Assembly (NCBI RefSeq): GCF_006345805.1
Contig: NC_043000.1
Location: 108,810,001-108,874,000, forward strand
Source of the DNA: Octopus sinensis
Taxonomy: Eukaryota
Reading direction: 5' to 3'
Length of the DNA stretch: 64,000 bases
Positions within the stretch are counted from its first letter, which is position 1, and each line of letters starts with the position of its first letter. Below, one piece after another: positions 40,702 through 53,809 of this stretch. Position numbers and translations under genes: made by a program. A model generated the notes under the pieces. The model was not told the DNA's origin and made no database searches. It worked only from the letters and a program-made list of their open reading frames with translations.

Positions 40702-41010
40702 TGCCAACATAATGTGGCAGTCCTGATTAGGACGAATATTACTGTTATTTAGACCCAGGATACATCGGCTCCAGCTGGCTATCGATGCACTATCTGCGTC
40801 CTTGTATTTTCGATCAAGGGAGTTTACTGTCCCCACTCAGCTCTAAAGCAATGTCTGTGTACCACACAGAGCTAAGTGGCAACAGTAAACTCCCTTGTTC
40901 GAACATATAGGGACGTAGATAGTGCGTCGATACCCAGTTGGAGACGATGTATCCTGGGGTTAAATAACAGTAATATTCGTCCTAATCAGGACTGCCACAT
41001 TATGTTGGCA
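40702..41010. repeat. About 143-bp-arm imperfect hairpin
   Basis: tgccaacataatgtggcagtcctgattaggacgaatattactg... mirrors ...cagtaatattcgtcctaatcaggactgccacattatgttggca; arms diverge internally; about 23-nt loop. Confidence 0.88.
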
Positions 41011-41265
41011 TATACATATATATTGGGAGAATTCACCCTCCCCCTAAAGACGAAGACGGGTGGTGTAGACAACAAACAGATGTATTAGTTTAACGCTCGA
41101 GAAGTGAAAATGTCTTTAACGTTTCGAGCCTACGCTCTTCCACAGAAAGGAACACACAAAGAAACAAGGAGGCAAAATAAAGAATGTGTAGGGCTAGCGA
41201 TTTATATATATATAGATCGCTAGCCACTACACATTCTTTATATATTTATATATATATCATTTGAT

Positions 41266-41365
41266 NNNNNNNNNNNNNNNNNNNNNNNNNNNNNNNNNNN
41301 NNNNNNNNNNNNNNNNNNNNNNNNNNNNNNNNNNNNNNNNNNNNNNNNNNNNNNNNNNNNNNNNN
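41266..41365. other. Assembly gap (100 N)
   Basis: Run of n characters. Confidence 1.
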
Positions 41366-41380
41366 ATCTGTCTGTCTATC

Positions 41381-41610
41381 AAGGCGGCGAGCTGGCAGAC
41401 ACGTTAACGCGCCGGGCGAAATGCTTAGTGGTATTTCGTCTGTCGTTACGTTCTGAGTTCAAATTCCGCCGAGGTCAACTTTGCCTTTCATTCTTTCGGG
41501 GTCGATAAATAAAGTACCAGTTTCGCACTGGGGTCGATGTAATCGACTTAATCCCTTTGTCCTTGTTTGTCCCCTCTATGTTTAGCCCTTTGTGGGCAGT
41601 AAAGAAATAT
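41381..41610 (+). mobile_element. SINE family A, full length
   Basis: aaggcggcgagctggcagac head through gtaaagaaata tail. Confidence 0.88.
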
Positions 41611-41659
41611 ATATGTCTGTCTGTCTGTCTGTCTGCCTGTCTGCCTGTCTGCCTATTCT

Positions 41660-42040
41660 ATTCTTTTACTTGTTTCAATCACTGGACTATGGCCATGCTG
41701 GAGCAACGCCTTAAAGGGTTTTTAGCTGAAGAAATCGACCGCAGGACTTATTCTTTGTAAGCCTAGTACTTATTCTACCGGTACCTTTTGCCGAACCGCT
41801 ACTTTACACACCAACATCAGTTGTCAAGCGACGGTGGGAGGACAGATACACACACACAAAGACCTCACACACACACACACACATAGCTATTTACGTAAAT
41901 AAACGACAAACTTCTGTCAGTTTCCGTCTGTCAAATCCACTCACAAAGCTTTGGTCGGACCGAGGCTATAATTGCGCAAGGTGCCACGCAGTGGAATTGA
42001 ACCTGGAACCATGTGATTGGGAAACAAACTCTTTACCACA
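41660..42040 (-). mobile_element. SINE family B
   Basis: Tail, central and head blocks are recognisable. Confidence 0.8.
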
Positions 42041-42277
42041 TTTTCAACAGACGTCAACCACCCACTCTTTTTCTTTCTTTCTTTCTTTCTTTCTTTCTTT
42101 TGCTCCATTCCTGTCCGTCTGCCCACTTACCTACCTACCTACCTACCTACCTTCCTACCTACCTACCTTCCTACCTACCTACCTACCTACCTACCTACCT
42201 ACCTACTTACCTACCTACCTACCTACCTATCTGCCTGCCTATCTGCCTGCCTGCCTGCCTATCTGCCTACTTGTCTA

Positions 42278-42311
<34 letters not shown>

Positions 42312-42413
42312 CGTGTCTTTCTATTCCAGTCATCAATAGAAGGATTAACACTACATGAAAGCATTCCAAACCTACAAACAAACCAATTTACTAAATTATC
42401 TACTACTACTACT

Positions 42414-42465
<52 letters not shown>

Positions 42466-42681
42466 CACTACTGCTTGTAATAACGATGGCTTTTTTATTA
42501 ACCACGTGACCTCATAGGAAAATATACAAAATAAACGTGCTGAAATAAACTACCAAGTACGACACGAAACATTAAAAAAAATATGTATTCAAATAAATTA
42601 GGAGCAAAAGCTCTTCCAAGGAGGAATCCACATCCTCCTGCCAACAGGATCAAGATTTTCACTGACCATTAAGTTGGTGAA

Positions 42682-43265
42682 AAGCGGCGAGCTTAGCAGA
42701 ATTGTTAGCACGCCGGGCGAAATGCGTAGCCGTATTTCGTCTGCCGTTACGTTCTGAGTTCAAATTCCGCCGAGATCGACTTTGCCTTTCATCCTTTCGG
42801 GGTCGATAAATTAAGTACCAGTGAAGCACTGGGGTCGATGTAATCGACTTGATGCGTTTGTCAGTCCTTGTTTGTCCCCTCTGTGTTTAGCCCCTTGTGG
42901 GTAGTAAAGAAATAGGTATTTCGTCTGCCGCTACGTTCTGAGTTCAAATGACGCCGAGGTCGACTTTGCCTTTCATCCTTTCGGGGTCGATTAAATAAGT
43001 ACCAGTTACGCACAGGGGTCGATATAATCGACTTGATCCATTTGTCTGTCCTTGTTTGTCCTTTCTGTGTTTAACTCCTTGTAGGCAGTAAAGAAATAGG
43101 TATTTCGTCTGTCTTTACGTTCTGAGTTCAAATTCCGCTGAGGTCGACTTTGTCTTTCATCCTTTCGGGATCAATAAATTAAGTACCAGTTGCGAACTGG
43201 GGTCGATATAATCGACTGGGCCCCCTCCCAAAGATTTCAGGCCTTGTGCCTAGAGTAGAAAAGAT
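42682..43265 (+). mobile_element. SINE family A concatemer (one headed unit + two head-less units, period 184)
   Basis: Junction aaagaaatag|gtatttcgtctg at about 42916 and 43100; the last unit ends in the alternative tail atttcaggccttgtgcctagagtagaaaagattat. Confidence 0.85.
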
Positions 43266-44013
43266 TATACAATCTCTTTCGTCGTAGTCACGAAAAAGAG
43301 GAAAATATCTAAGCTTTCTTTATCAAGAAGGGTGATACTATGATTTTTGAAAGAGACTCCGTTGACAGCCTGGTTCGTCCTACACGCAATATCATCTGTT
43401 CTACTTAGCCGTTCATGCTTAAACATTTTGCCACTGCTGATTTGACGTCGTTGATTCGACGCTGACTTATTTGAAGTGTATGTTGCTTTTTTCTGGCCAC
43501 TATTCTTCTTACATTACTTTGATAAAGACTTCACTTGAAACGTTGGTCAACTTCTTTTGCTTTCTGCTTTTTTAGGCCGACAGTTCACTGTGAACTATAT
43601 ATATATTTATATATAATACAAAATAAGGAAATGGAGAAATACATCTTAATCAATAATCAACTACCAGATAATACCCAATCACATAATTTATTAAACCGCT
43701 ACATATGAACATTAAGGTTAAACATAATAATATAGAACAAAACAATGTACATCAATGAGTAATAAGTTACAATAAGTACAGTATGTATAAGTGAATATAA
43801 ATAAATACAAGTATAAATATAAACTACATCTTACAGCTGTTTCAGCCATGCAGATATAGGTGCCTCATTATGCTCATATTAGCCATGTGTGATAAGTTAA
43901 TAGTAGTTATAAATGAGACACTTACAAAATATCCCAAGGTGCCTCTTCAGAGATTATGAAGAACAAACTATATTAAACATGAAAATCATGGAGGTAAACC
44001 TATATAAGAGTGG

Positions 44014-44067
<54 letters not shown>

Positions 44068-44438
44068 TATTATATATATATATATATATACATACATACA
44101 CGACGGGCATTTTTCAGTTTCCGTCTTCCAAATCCACTCTCAAGGCATTGGTTGGCCCGAGGGTATAGTAGAAGACCCTTGCCCGAGGTGCCACGCAATG
44201 GAACTGAAACTGAAACCATGTAGTTGGGAAGCAAGTTTCTTACCACATGGCCACACCTGCGCCTATATACCTATGTTGTCGTGTGTGTATGCGTGTCAGT
44301 GGATGTACACACGGCTATAAAGATGACAACCGGAACAGATTAAAAAATATCAATCTTATGCTTTTAAAAATCTATTTATTTACCTATTTAATGTATCTCA
44401 TTATTCATCCATTTCTTCCTCTCCATCCATGCAGCCAT

Positions 44439-44494
<56 letters not shown>

Positions 44495-45211
44495 ACACAC
44501 GCACACACACACACACACACACAAATACGCGCATCCACATACATCCAACCGTGCACACACACACATACATACCACCTTCTGATAACACCTCGTCTTGCCT
44601 CCTTTTTTTTCATCTTTACGCCGCCTACCCAATATCTTTTGTGTCTGCTTACTTTAATGTTTTCTTAAACTTTACAAGATCCCCTCATTAGAAGCCATTC
44701 CGTCAGAAAAAAACAAACAAACATAACATAACATCTTGCTAAAATTAAAATTTTTATCGCAGTAATCAGGTGTTTAAAAAATGTGGGAGAAGAGAAACGT
44801 CTGAGCATGCGCGCGGGAGGAGTGATTAAAAAAAAATGGGTGCCTTTCTGTCATGGCGCTGTTGTGGTTGTTGTTGTTGTTGTTGTTGTTCTGTTGTAAG
44901 AGTTTTTAATTTAAACATATCTCCCCCAATCTTTGTTTATTTTATCAGCAGGATTTGATATTTAGCGTTTGTTTGTTGTCGAAGTGGGTGTTAGGGGTAG
45001 TTGCAGGGGTAGTAGTAACGATGCAGATAGAACTATATATATATTATATATATATATAGATATATTATATATACATACATACACACACCCAACCACATTG
45101 TAGCACTCTAGCATCATATATATACATACATGCATATATATATATATATATGTCGCACGCGCGTCTATATATGTATATTGCATGCAGACATACATATCTG
45201 CATACTTATAT

Positions 45212-45266
<55 letters not shown>

Positions 45267-45560
45267 ATATATATAATGATGAAAGAATCAAAGGTTCTTG
45301 CCGACCCTAGGCTTATAAGGCCGGTTTCTCCGGATCCTGTGGCGTATATGCCCGTCCACACTGAACGGGACGCCGGTCCGTCGCAGGATTAATCATCTGA
45401 ATAGACTGAAGGAACATGAAATGAAGTGTCTCGCTCAAGACCACAACACATCGCCCGATTCAGCAACCGAAATTACAATCTTATGGTCATGAGTTCAGAC
45501 CCTTAACCACCAAGCCATCCGGTTCCACGCGACGCAAGCAAACATACAAACCCATAGATT

Positions 45561-45596
<36 letters not shown>

Positions 45597-46253
45597 CATG
45601 TGCATATGTGCATGTGTGTGTGTGTGTGTCTTAATATAAGAACATTTTGGTTATTTTTTGTTTGTTTTTACTTTATACCTTTGTTTTTGATGTAATTCCC
45701 ATTCGTATATTTGTTATTTTTTTTATAGGATCGCTATTTATTCAACTTGAAAATTTGAAAAGAAAAAAAAAAAAGAAAAGCTTCTCCATAAGCATTAACG
45801 GGTTTACATTTTAATCATTGTTATTATTATTTGTCGTTATCATCATCATCATCATCATTATGAAAGCCTAACCCTACTTGAACTTGGTAATCAGACAAGA
45901 TTACCAAAGAAACATCTTGTTAAAATTAAGTTGTATTTTTATAATCAGGTGTTTTTAGAAAAAATAATAGAAGCGTAAAAACAAAAAAGAAATTTTAAAC
46001 CATAATAAATTTTATGAAGATAACATAGATTCAAGTAACAAAGTAAACAATGAGAGAGAGAAAGGAAAATAGAAAAGGATAAAATATAAAACAGAGAAGA
46101 AAAGGAAAATGAGAAATCCTCTCTCCACCCCCACCCAAGCAAAAACCCCAGAAAAAAATGGATGAAAAAAAAGCTAAGAATTTTGTTAGTTTTACAGAAT
46201 AAATTATTTGTGTTTTGCTTTTAAATAACTGTCATGCTATAACCCTTAGTGCA

Positions 46254-46547
46254 TATATAAAATACAAAATGGGACAAGAACGCAAAACATCCAAGTAGAC
46301 GATGCAAAAAACACGGACGGGTCATTCGAAGCCTTTAATCTTCAGTCAAGAACCGTATCATCCTCGCAATTTCGGCTATTAATCTTGAGATTGCTCCAGG
46401 GGCTGGCCAGATTGGAGCAATCTCAAGATTAATCAGCCGAAATTGCGAGGATGATCCGGTTCTTGACTGATGATTAAAGGCTTCGAATGACCCGTCCGTA
46501 TTTTTTGTATTGTCTACTTGGATGTTTTGCGTTCTTGTCCCATTTTG

Positions 46548-46558
<11 letters not shown>
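46254..46558. repeat. About 300-bp near-perfect palindrome
   Basis: aaatacaaaatgggacaagaacgcaaaacatccaagtagac... mirrors ...gtctacttggatgttttgcgttcttgtcccattttgtattt; loop near 46400; followed by (TA)n. Confidence 0.9.
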
Positions 46559-46612
<54 letters not shown>

Positions 46613-46659
46613 ATATAGAGCGGCGTATGTACTCTTATATATATATATATATGTAATGC

Positions 46660-47760
46660 GGTTTTTTAAAAATACTTCTTTTATTTCCATCTATCTGGTA
46701 GACTTGCAAGGCTCCTCTTCCAAAATTCACGACGAAATATACTTCTCTAGTACTGTTCTGACCTCGTCTACAGAATTCATATTTTTTAATCCGTCTAAAT
46801 GGTTTTGAAGACTGCGGAATAAATGATAATCAGATGGGGCAATGTCTGGCGAATATGGTGGGTGGCATCGTTTCCCTTTCAAACTGCTCCAGCCTTTGGA
46901 ATGTCACCCTCGCTGTATGTGACCGAGGTCGACTTTGCCTTTCATCCTTTCGGGGTCGATAAATTAAGTACCAGTCGCATACTGGAGTCATTCTAATCGA
47001 CTGGCCTCTCCCCCAAAATTTCGGGGCTTGTTCCTAGAGTAGAAAAGATTATATCTCCTTTGTTACCGTTTGGTTTGGGTTTCAAAATTCAAAGTGGACT
47101 AAACCTTTCATATCTCACCAAACAGATAACAACACCTTGCATTGGTGAAGGCCTTCTTTAGCCTGGGGTGCCGGTGTTTCTCCTTTCTCTATCCACTGTC
47201 TTCGGCGCTTGACATTTTTATAGACAACCTATTTCTCATCACCAGTCACTATTCGGTCCAAAAAAGGTTCATTCATGAGACAAAGAAGAGCACACATTCA
47301 CACTCTGCACACGATTAGACAAAGAAAGTTTGTGAGGAACCCATTGACCCAATTTGCTGGCTTTTCTTCTGATGCCCCGCAGGTGTCGATGAATGGTTGA
47401 CTGATCAAGCTTCTCTGCTAGTTTCCCAACAGTTACAATGAGATTTTGTGCTATCAGGGTTCACAGGACGTCCTCATCCTGCTCTACAGATCTTTCAGGA
47501 CGAAGCTTGTCTTCTAGGCTGTAGTTTCCGCCTCGGAATTTCTAGAGCCACCGTTGACACTGGCTTATGCTTATTGTCCGATCTCCATATACTGCATTAA
47601 TATTCCTCGCACTTTCATTTGCATCGTTGCCCTTATTGAACTCATAAAGCAAAATATGCCTAATATGCTCCTTTGTCACTTCCATTATAGCTTTGAAAAA
47701 AATAACTGTTAAAATCGAACTGTACTCTTCAAAACTTGCACTAAGAATAGTTGATTTTTT
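46660..47760 (-). mobile_element. Decayed mariner transposase, interrupted by a SINE A insertion (about 46921-47050)
   Basis: MEVTKEHIRHILLYEFNKG..; WVPHKL; FLDRIVTGDEK*V.Y; KVLLSVW*DMKG; PHTARVT..YSPDIAPSDYHLFRSLQN..DRW - mariner WVPHEL, DD34D and YSPDL motifs. Confidence 0.9.
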
Positions 47761-47943
47761 TATTGCCCACAAGGGGCCAACATAGAGGGGACAAACATAC
47801 ATGTGGGGACAACTAACACATGAAAAATGAATAAAATGAAATTTTACAATGAAGGTAAAACGGTTACCCCCGCCCCACTCCGGGATGATTACATGATTTC
47901 AATTATTTCAAACAAAGAGTCTTTAACAGTTCTTTAAAAATAA

Positions 47944-49790
47944 TCTCAACTTAACCATTTTATGCCACTTTTAATGTCTTCATAATTCACAACTGGGGCG
48001 CTGGGTTCAATACTCACCTCGGGCCCCAGTGGATTTACATCTGAAGGAAAAGCTTCTTTCAGAGTTCTATATTTTCCTTCCTCCATTAGAATACATCTCA
48101 TATCCTTATCATATCCCTCTGAAAGATTCACCCTCACAATCCCTTCCATTTTCGTTATTTTCATCTCTAGTTTTTGAGTCGTCTGATGTGTCAATAAAAA
48201 AACTTCGTTTCTGTGTACGTCTTGTGTGTCTGCGTGTTGTGCCTGTGTGTCTGCGTGTTGTGCCTGTGTGTCTGCGCTTTTATGTTTCTGTAACTCTGTA
48301 TTATCATGTGTCTGTCTCTATTTCCGTGAGTTAGTATGTCTGTGTGCTTATGTGTCTATGAGTCTGTATGTTTGTGTGATTCTAAGTTCGTATGTTTGCT
48401 TGCTGTTGCTGTTCTGCTTGTGGCATTTTTCTTCGGTGATCCCAATGGCGTACTGCTTCTACTTGTCGTTGTTGGTTGGTCCACTTCCTCTTGTGCTTTA
48501 TGTTTCTTCTGTTTATGCTCCGTTTTAGGGGGTGAACTCCTCCTCCCCTCTCTCTCTTCCTTGTTTCGGTCTCCATAACCTCTGTGTTCCGTTCCACTTC
48601 CTGGGTCCTCCTCTCCACTTCCATTACGCCTTCTTGTGTTTCTATTTCTGAGGTTTCCATCGTTTTTTTGTGGACATCTTCTTCTCTCCACACTCGTGAC
48701 ACGTCAGAAGCCTCCCCTCTAACATTACATCTAGTTTGTCCTCATTGGGCAGCTCCAATGTTTCTGGTATACCTTCGTACTCTTTTTGGTTCACCATAAA
48801 AATTATCTCTACCCCGTACCTCCTCTAATTTAATTGTTGGGTCCGGTTTATCATTATTACTTTCACTTCCTTGTTGTCTCCTTTCTCTCTTGCGGTGAAA
48901 ATTGTCGCTTTCATCCTATCTGGATCGATTCTAGGTGGGATCCTCGCTACCCTAATTCTGGTAACTCGTTTACCAAGGTAAGTGGGCAGGAGTGTCCATT
49001 TTTCTCCATGTAGCACCTTAGTGGAATGTCTTTTTGTCTCCTCTTCTGAGACAAAGGTAACTGCCACTGAAGCGTATTTTTTCCCTCTGGTATAAAACTT
49101 TCCTTCAATTTTTCCAGACATTCGTTCACCTCCTCCTGCATTACATTCTCCAGCTTCTTACTTTATTTTGAAAAGGTTCTATAAATTATCACTCTGCTTT
49201 CCCTCTTCACCTTGTCTTCCTCTGGTGGGGTCAACTTTGTGTTCGGCCCCTCCCTCTTTACCATATATTGATATTTCCGGAGCAGGTCCAAATTACAATG
49301 CTGTTCATTCTGTTTCAGCGTATCCGGGACGACAGAACTCCGACTTCCCGTTGCTGCCGCATAGCTATTCATTTCGCTCCTCCGTCACAGGCCAACGAAG
49401 AAAGATGGCGCTACACACAAAAAACTGCTGCAAAGCAGCACAACACAACACACTCCTCAACACAACACACTCCTCAACACAACACACTCCTCAGCACAAC
49501 ACACTCCTCAGCACAACACACTCCTCAGCACAACACACTCCTCAACACAACACACTCCTCAGCACAACACACTCCTCAGCACAACACACTCCTCAACACA
49601 GCACACTCCTCAGCACAACACACTCCTCAACACAACACACTCCTCAACACAACACTCCTCAGCACAACACACTCCTCAACACAACACACTCCTCAACACA
49701 ACACACTCCTCAACACAACACACTCCTCAACACAACACACTCCTCATCACAACACACTCCTCAGCACAAAACACTCCTCAACACAAAACA
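47944..49790 (-). mobile_element. L1/Tx1-type LINE 5' part: tandem-repeat 5' UTR + decayed ORF1
   Basis: Minus ORFs MNSYAAATG.. (49372), ..VAVTFVSEEE..LLPTYLGKRVTRIRVARIPP.., then LTCHECGEK knuckle remnant and a low-complexity C-terminus; 17-bp array upstream. Confidence 0.6.
49444..49787. repeat. 17-bp minisatellite (cacaacacactcctca[a/g]) x about 20
   Basis: Directly visible. Confidence 0.95.
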
Positions 49791-49926
49791 ATCCTCGCAA
49801 AATAAACTTGCGCTAAGAATAAGTACATAGTAAAATGACTACCTGCTTTCATAACAAGTTGATGCAGGTAGTTTATCCCCCCCCCCGAAGCGATTGAAAA
49901 AACCGCATTATTTATGGCATGACCCA

Positions 49927-49957
<31 letters not shown>

Positions 49958-50458
49958 TGTATGTATGTATGAATGTATGTATGTGTGCATGTATGTATGT
50001 ATGTATGTGTGTGTGTGTATGTATGTATGCAGGAATGTATGTGTGTGTGTATGTATGTATGTATGTATGTATGTATGTATGTATGTATGTATGTATGAAT
50101 GAATGTATGTGTGTATGTATGTATGTATGCGTGAATGTATGTGTGTATGTATGTATGTATGTATGTGTGTATGTATGTGTGTATGTATGTATGTGTACTA
50201 GTTTGTTTGCTTGTATGTGTTTGTATGTGTGTATGTTGCAGTTTTAGAAGATGGATGACAGTGACTTCGAAGTCTAGGTGGCCTGATGGCGTTCGCTTCG
50301 CTGCCAACAGTCCGATGAAAGCCAGCAGGCCGAGACTTCGGATTTTCTGTCATCCCTCGTCTTGTAAGAGATTAATAAATAAAAAAAAACTATTGAATAA
50401 TTTTTCAGTTTAATGTTAAATTGTGTGTGCAGGCAAGCACACACACACGCACGCACGC

Positions 50459-50538
<80 letters not shown>

Positions 50539-51504
50539 CTCACACACACGCTCACACACACGCTCACACACACGCTCACACATACGCACACACATCAGAG
50601 TTTTTTGAAAGATGCAGATTAACTCTTGAACGACATAAAAATGTGTTTTTATTTCTTTAATATTTTCCAGATCAAAGGCTGTGGTCATACTGGAGCACCA
50701 ACAGTGTCGTCAACTTTGCAGTGGCCATTCTTATGCGGCTTTTTGTTATTCAAGATTTCATTATGTTCTGATTAATACCGAAAAGTAGGTAATTATTTTC
50801 TGTGTTTTTTCTTTATAAATTTTAAACTTTAAAATAAGTATTTTTAGACAGTTGCGCAAATTCGAAGAAGGGAAACAATTTTACCGCAGATAAATTTATG
50901 CAAAAATCTTCCTCAAATTGCGAAACTGTGAAATAAGTATTGCCTTCTCCCAATGAAGGAGAATTACATAATATCAATCTATGGTATTATATAAACCAAG
51001 AAACTGGAAGCCTCTTAACAAGTTCGACACTACGAGAACGAAGGACAACTTAGAATAACGAATCCACAAAATATAAAAGATTCACAGACAACAAGCCTAT
51101 CAAACGTATATTTACATCATTTTAGTTTTAATACTTGTAGTTATTCGTGTGAGAGCTTCGGCTGTGGAGATTGAAAACGATGGGAAAACATGTAAATAAT
51201 GTAAAGAGAAAAGCAAGTGGGATACATCCCCAATCTAATGTGGAGAAGAACAAAAAGGACGAAGAGGGTAATTTTGCGTTGAAATGGTAAAAGAATTAGA
51301 GAAGACAAGTCCAGATTTTTATCTAGTAATAGAGAGGGAAAAAAAACTCTAATTAAGATGGTCGTAAATGAAAGACTATTTTACCGAGCTCCTTGAACTC
51401 CCCGCTCCAAGAAAAAGGAAAGAAAAAAAAGTGAGGCAAAGAGGAAATTAAGATTTGGGCCTGAGCAACTTTGCCAGGCTTTTATAGCTAGTCCCACAAA
51501 ATCC

Positions 51505-52300
51505 ATACATGCATCCAAGATGTCGTTTCAGTCACCCAGTAGCACTAAAGAATGGAGCTTCTTTAGGAAAACCTCCAGACACCTGAACAAACCTGGCCTC
51601 CCCAGTCGGGGAATACACGGTGACTAGTCTAAAGACATCACCTTTGCTACTGTTCATGTCCATGACCACCAACTTACCTTCTAGGTCCAGGAAGATCGAC
51701 CGTATCTTGAGGCTCAGATCTTCTGTAATAGCCCCGCATCCCCCATATTTCGGTCGGAGTAAGAGATGCGAAGATCTTGAAGTTGCCAAAAATGGGTGCT
51801 AATATGCACGTATCGGAAATCCTGGTTTCACCGATGGCTCTCACAACCAAAGTTAAAGGCCTGCGTTCATTGAACCGGCGAACCTGCTCCCAGAGTGACC
51901 ACAGGCCATATGCGTTTATACAGCTACGATGTTCGCTAACACGTTCCAGCTCCTACTGACATAGGGTTGGACCGAACGAAACCCCGAACAATTTAAATGG
52001 TTTATCGGTCCAGTGCCTCATAGTGTCTTCCGACGGTGTGGACTTGCTCTCCAGGTACCGAGCTATAAGCCCACTGACTTGCCCTGGCTGAGTTTTGATC
52101 CTGTCTTCCCCTCGCATTCTTTTAGAGACAAGTCAACCACCTCCACTTCATAATAGTAGCATCCGTTACTATTATGGTAACGTCGTCTGCATACACTGAC
52201 ATGGCCCCATCGCGTCCCATTTGGAAAAAAATACTCCTCAAACGTTCCAGCTTGCACAGCAGTGACTTCAAAGTCAACATGCGAGACGAGAAGGAATATC
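51505..52300 (-). mobile_element. L1/Tx1-type LINE fragment: ORF1 end + APE endonuclease
   Basis: Minus strand gives INAYGL, AIGETRISD, VFRLVTVYSPTG and LVLLGD*NDILD (APE motifs), preceded by a CRRRYH..GC knuckle-like segment. Confidence 0.75.
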
Positions 52301-52569
52301 ATCGGCGATTTGAAACAATGAGACGAAACGGTTAGAAAAGTGACTGTTTACCCTGTATAGCGAGTGGATGCCAACGTGCATTGCAGCAATCCAGTCTCTG
52401 AAAACAGGATCGAATGAGGTCGCTTTTCGGACGGTTACTAAGCAATAATTCTTTCTGTTGTAGGTACAAGGCTTGGAATTTTGGTGGATCGACTGGTACT
52501 TATCTTATCGACCACAAAAGGATGAAGTGAAAAGCTGACCTCGGCGGAATTTGAACGTATGATTATCAA

Positions 52570-52810
52570 GTAATAATGATTAACCCTATCGAAAGCTTCC
52601 AACTGATTCATTTCCATCAGGGCTCCACCAAAATCAGCTTTATTTCTTCAAAGTTCTGTGATATATTGCAAGAAGGGCAAATTGTCGTGGATGGACCGGT
52701 TCGGGATCCCTCAGTTTCAGATTCCCTAATCAAACCATCGACAAGTGTGAGCCATTTTTGTAACATTTTGATCCCTAATTTTAAGCACTACGGTGTCCTT
52801 CCTCAGTTAG
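52570..52810 (-). mobile_element. L1/Tx1-type RT fragment
   Basis: Minus strand gives LIRE..IPNRSIHDNL...GGALMEMNQLEAFDRVNH, matching the GRxIxDN...ALxxLDQxKAFDRVxH motif. Confidence 0.7.
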
Positions 52811-53809
52811 AATTCTGTCAAGTTGGGGAGGGGTGGGGAGAAAAATGATGATGGTGATGGTGGTGGTGGTGGAGGTTGTGATGATGTTGATGATGATAAT
52901 GATGGTGATGGTGGAGGTGATAATGATGTTCGCTGCCGCCGGCGACGGTAATGACTGTTTCTAATGTAGCTAAAAGGTCCCGGATATTTTGGTGCTGGGT
53001 GCATAGAATGATTGAATTATATAGCAAATTTAACATTAGTAATATTTAAATCGAAAACAAAAGCAGCCGTAATAAATAAATAATTAAAAACAAATCCGAA
53101 AGATTTGATTAAAAAAATATATGTATAATTGTTATTATTAAAAGGAAACCTGAAGTTACTTTATTTCATCGACTTCGAAGGATAAAAAGAAAAAAAATTA
53201 CTTTCGAAGACGTTGAACTCGTAACTAAATGTCGAAAAGAAAAATAATTTCTCTTCCTTCGACCTTAAAACAATTTTTCTTTCATTGTTAAGAAATAGTG
53301 ATGTCTGAATATCTGGAAGGAGACAAACAAGATAAAACTTCAAATGTTAAATACGAATCGATGCAAGGGAGACAACTACGATCTCTTTTAAATGTAGATT
53401 ATATTATTATTATAATATATATAAATATATACTCTCTTTTGTTTCAGTCATTTGACCGTGGCCATGCTGGAGCACCGCCTTTTAGTCGAGCAAATAGACC
53501 CCAGGACTTATTCTTTGTAAGCCTAGTACTTATTCTACCGGTCTCTTTTGCCGAACCGCTAAGTTATGGGGACACCAGCAACGATTGTCAAGCGATGTTG
53601 GGGGGGGGGGGCAAACACACACACACACACACACATACACACATACACACACACATATATATCCTTTTATTGTTTTACTAGTTTCAGCTATTGGACTGTG
53701 GTCAGGCTGGAGCAACTCTCTTCAAACATTTGCAGAAATATATGTTAATAAAGTAAAATGAAATAAAATTAAGTAAAAGATAAAATATTTACATATTTTA
53801 TCTTTTACA

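Noticed and set aside
49444-49787. CRISPR-like appearance of regular repeats (also 53887-54420 and the SINE concatemers)
   Set aside because: There are no unique spacers and no cas genes, and the context is eukaryotic.
49168-49830. 220-aa and 182-aa repetitive ORFs (TTHSSTQHTPQHNTLL)
   Set aside because: Read-through of the 17-bp minisatellite; no evidence of coding function.
51505-52810. One continuous L1/Tx1 element
   Set aside because: On the minus strand the RT fragment lies upstream of the ORF1/endonuclease fragment, the wrong order, so they are treated as separate or rearranged pieces.
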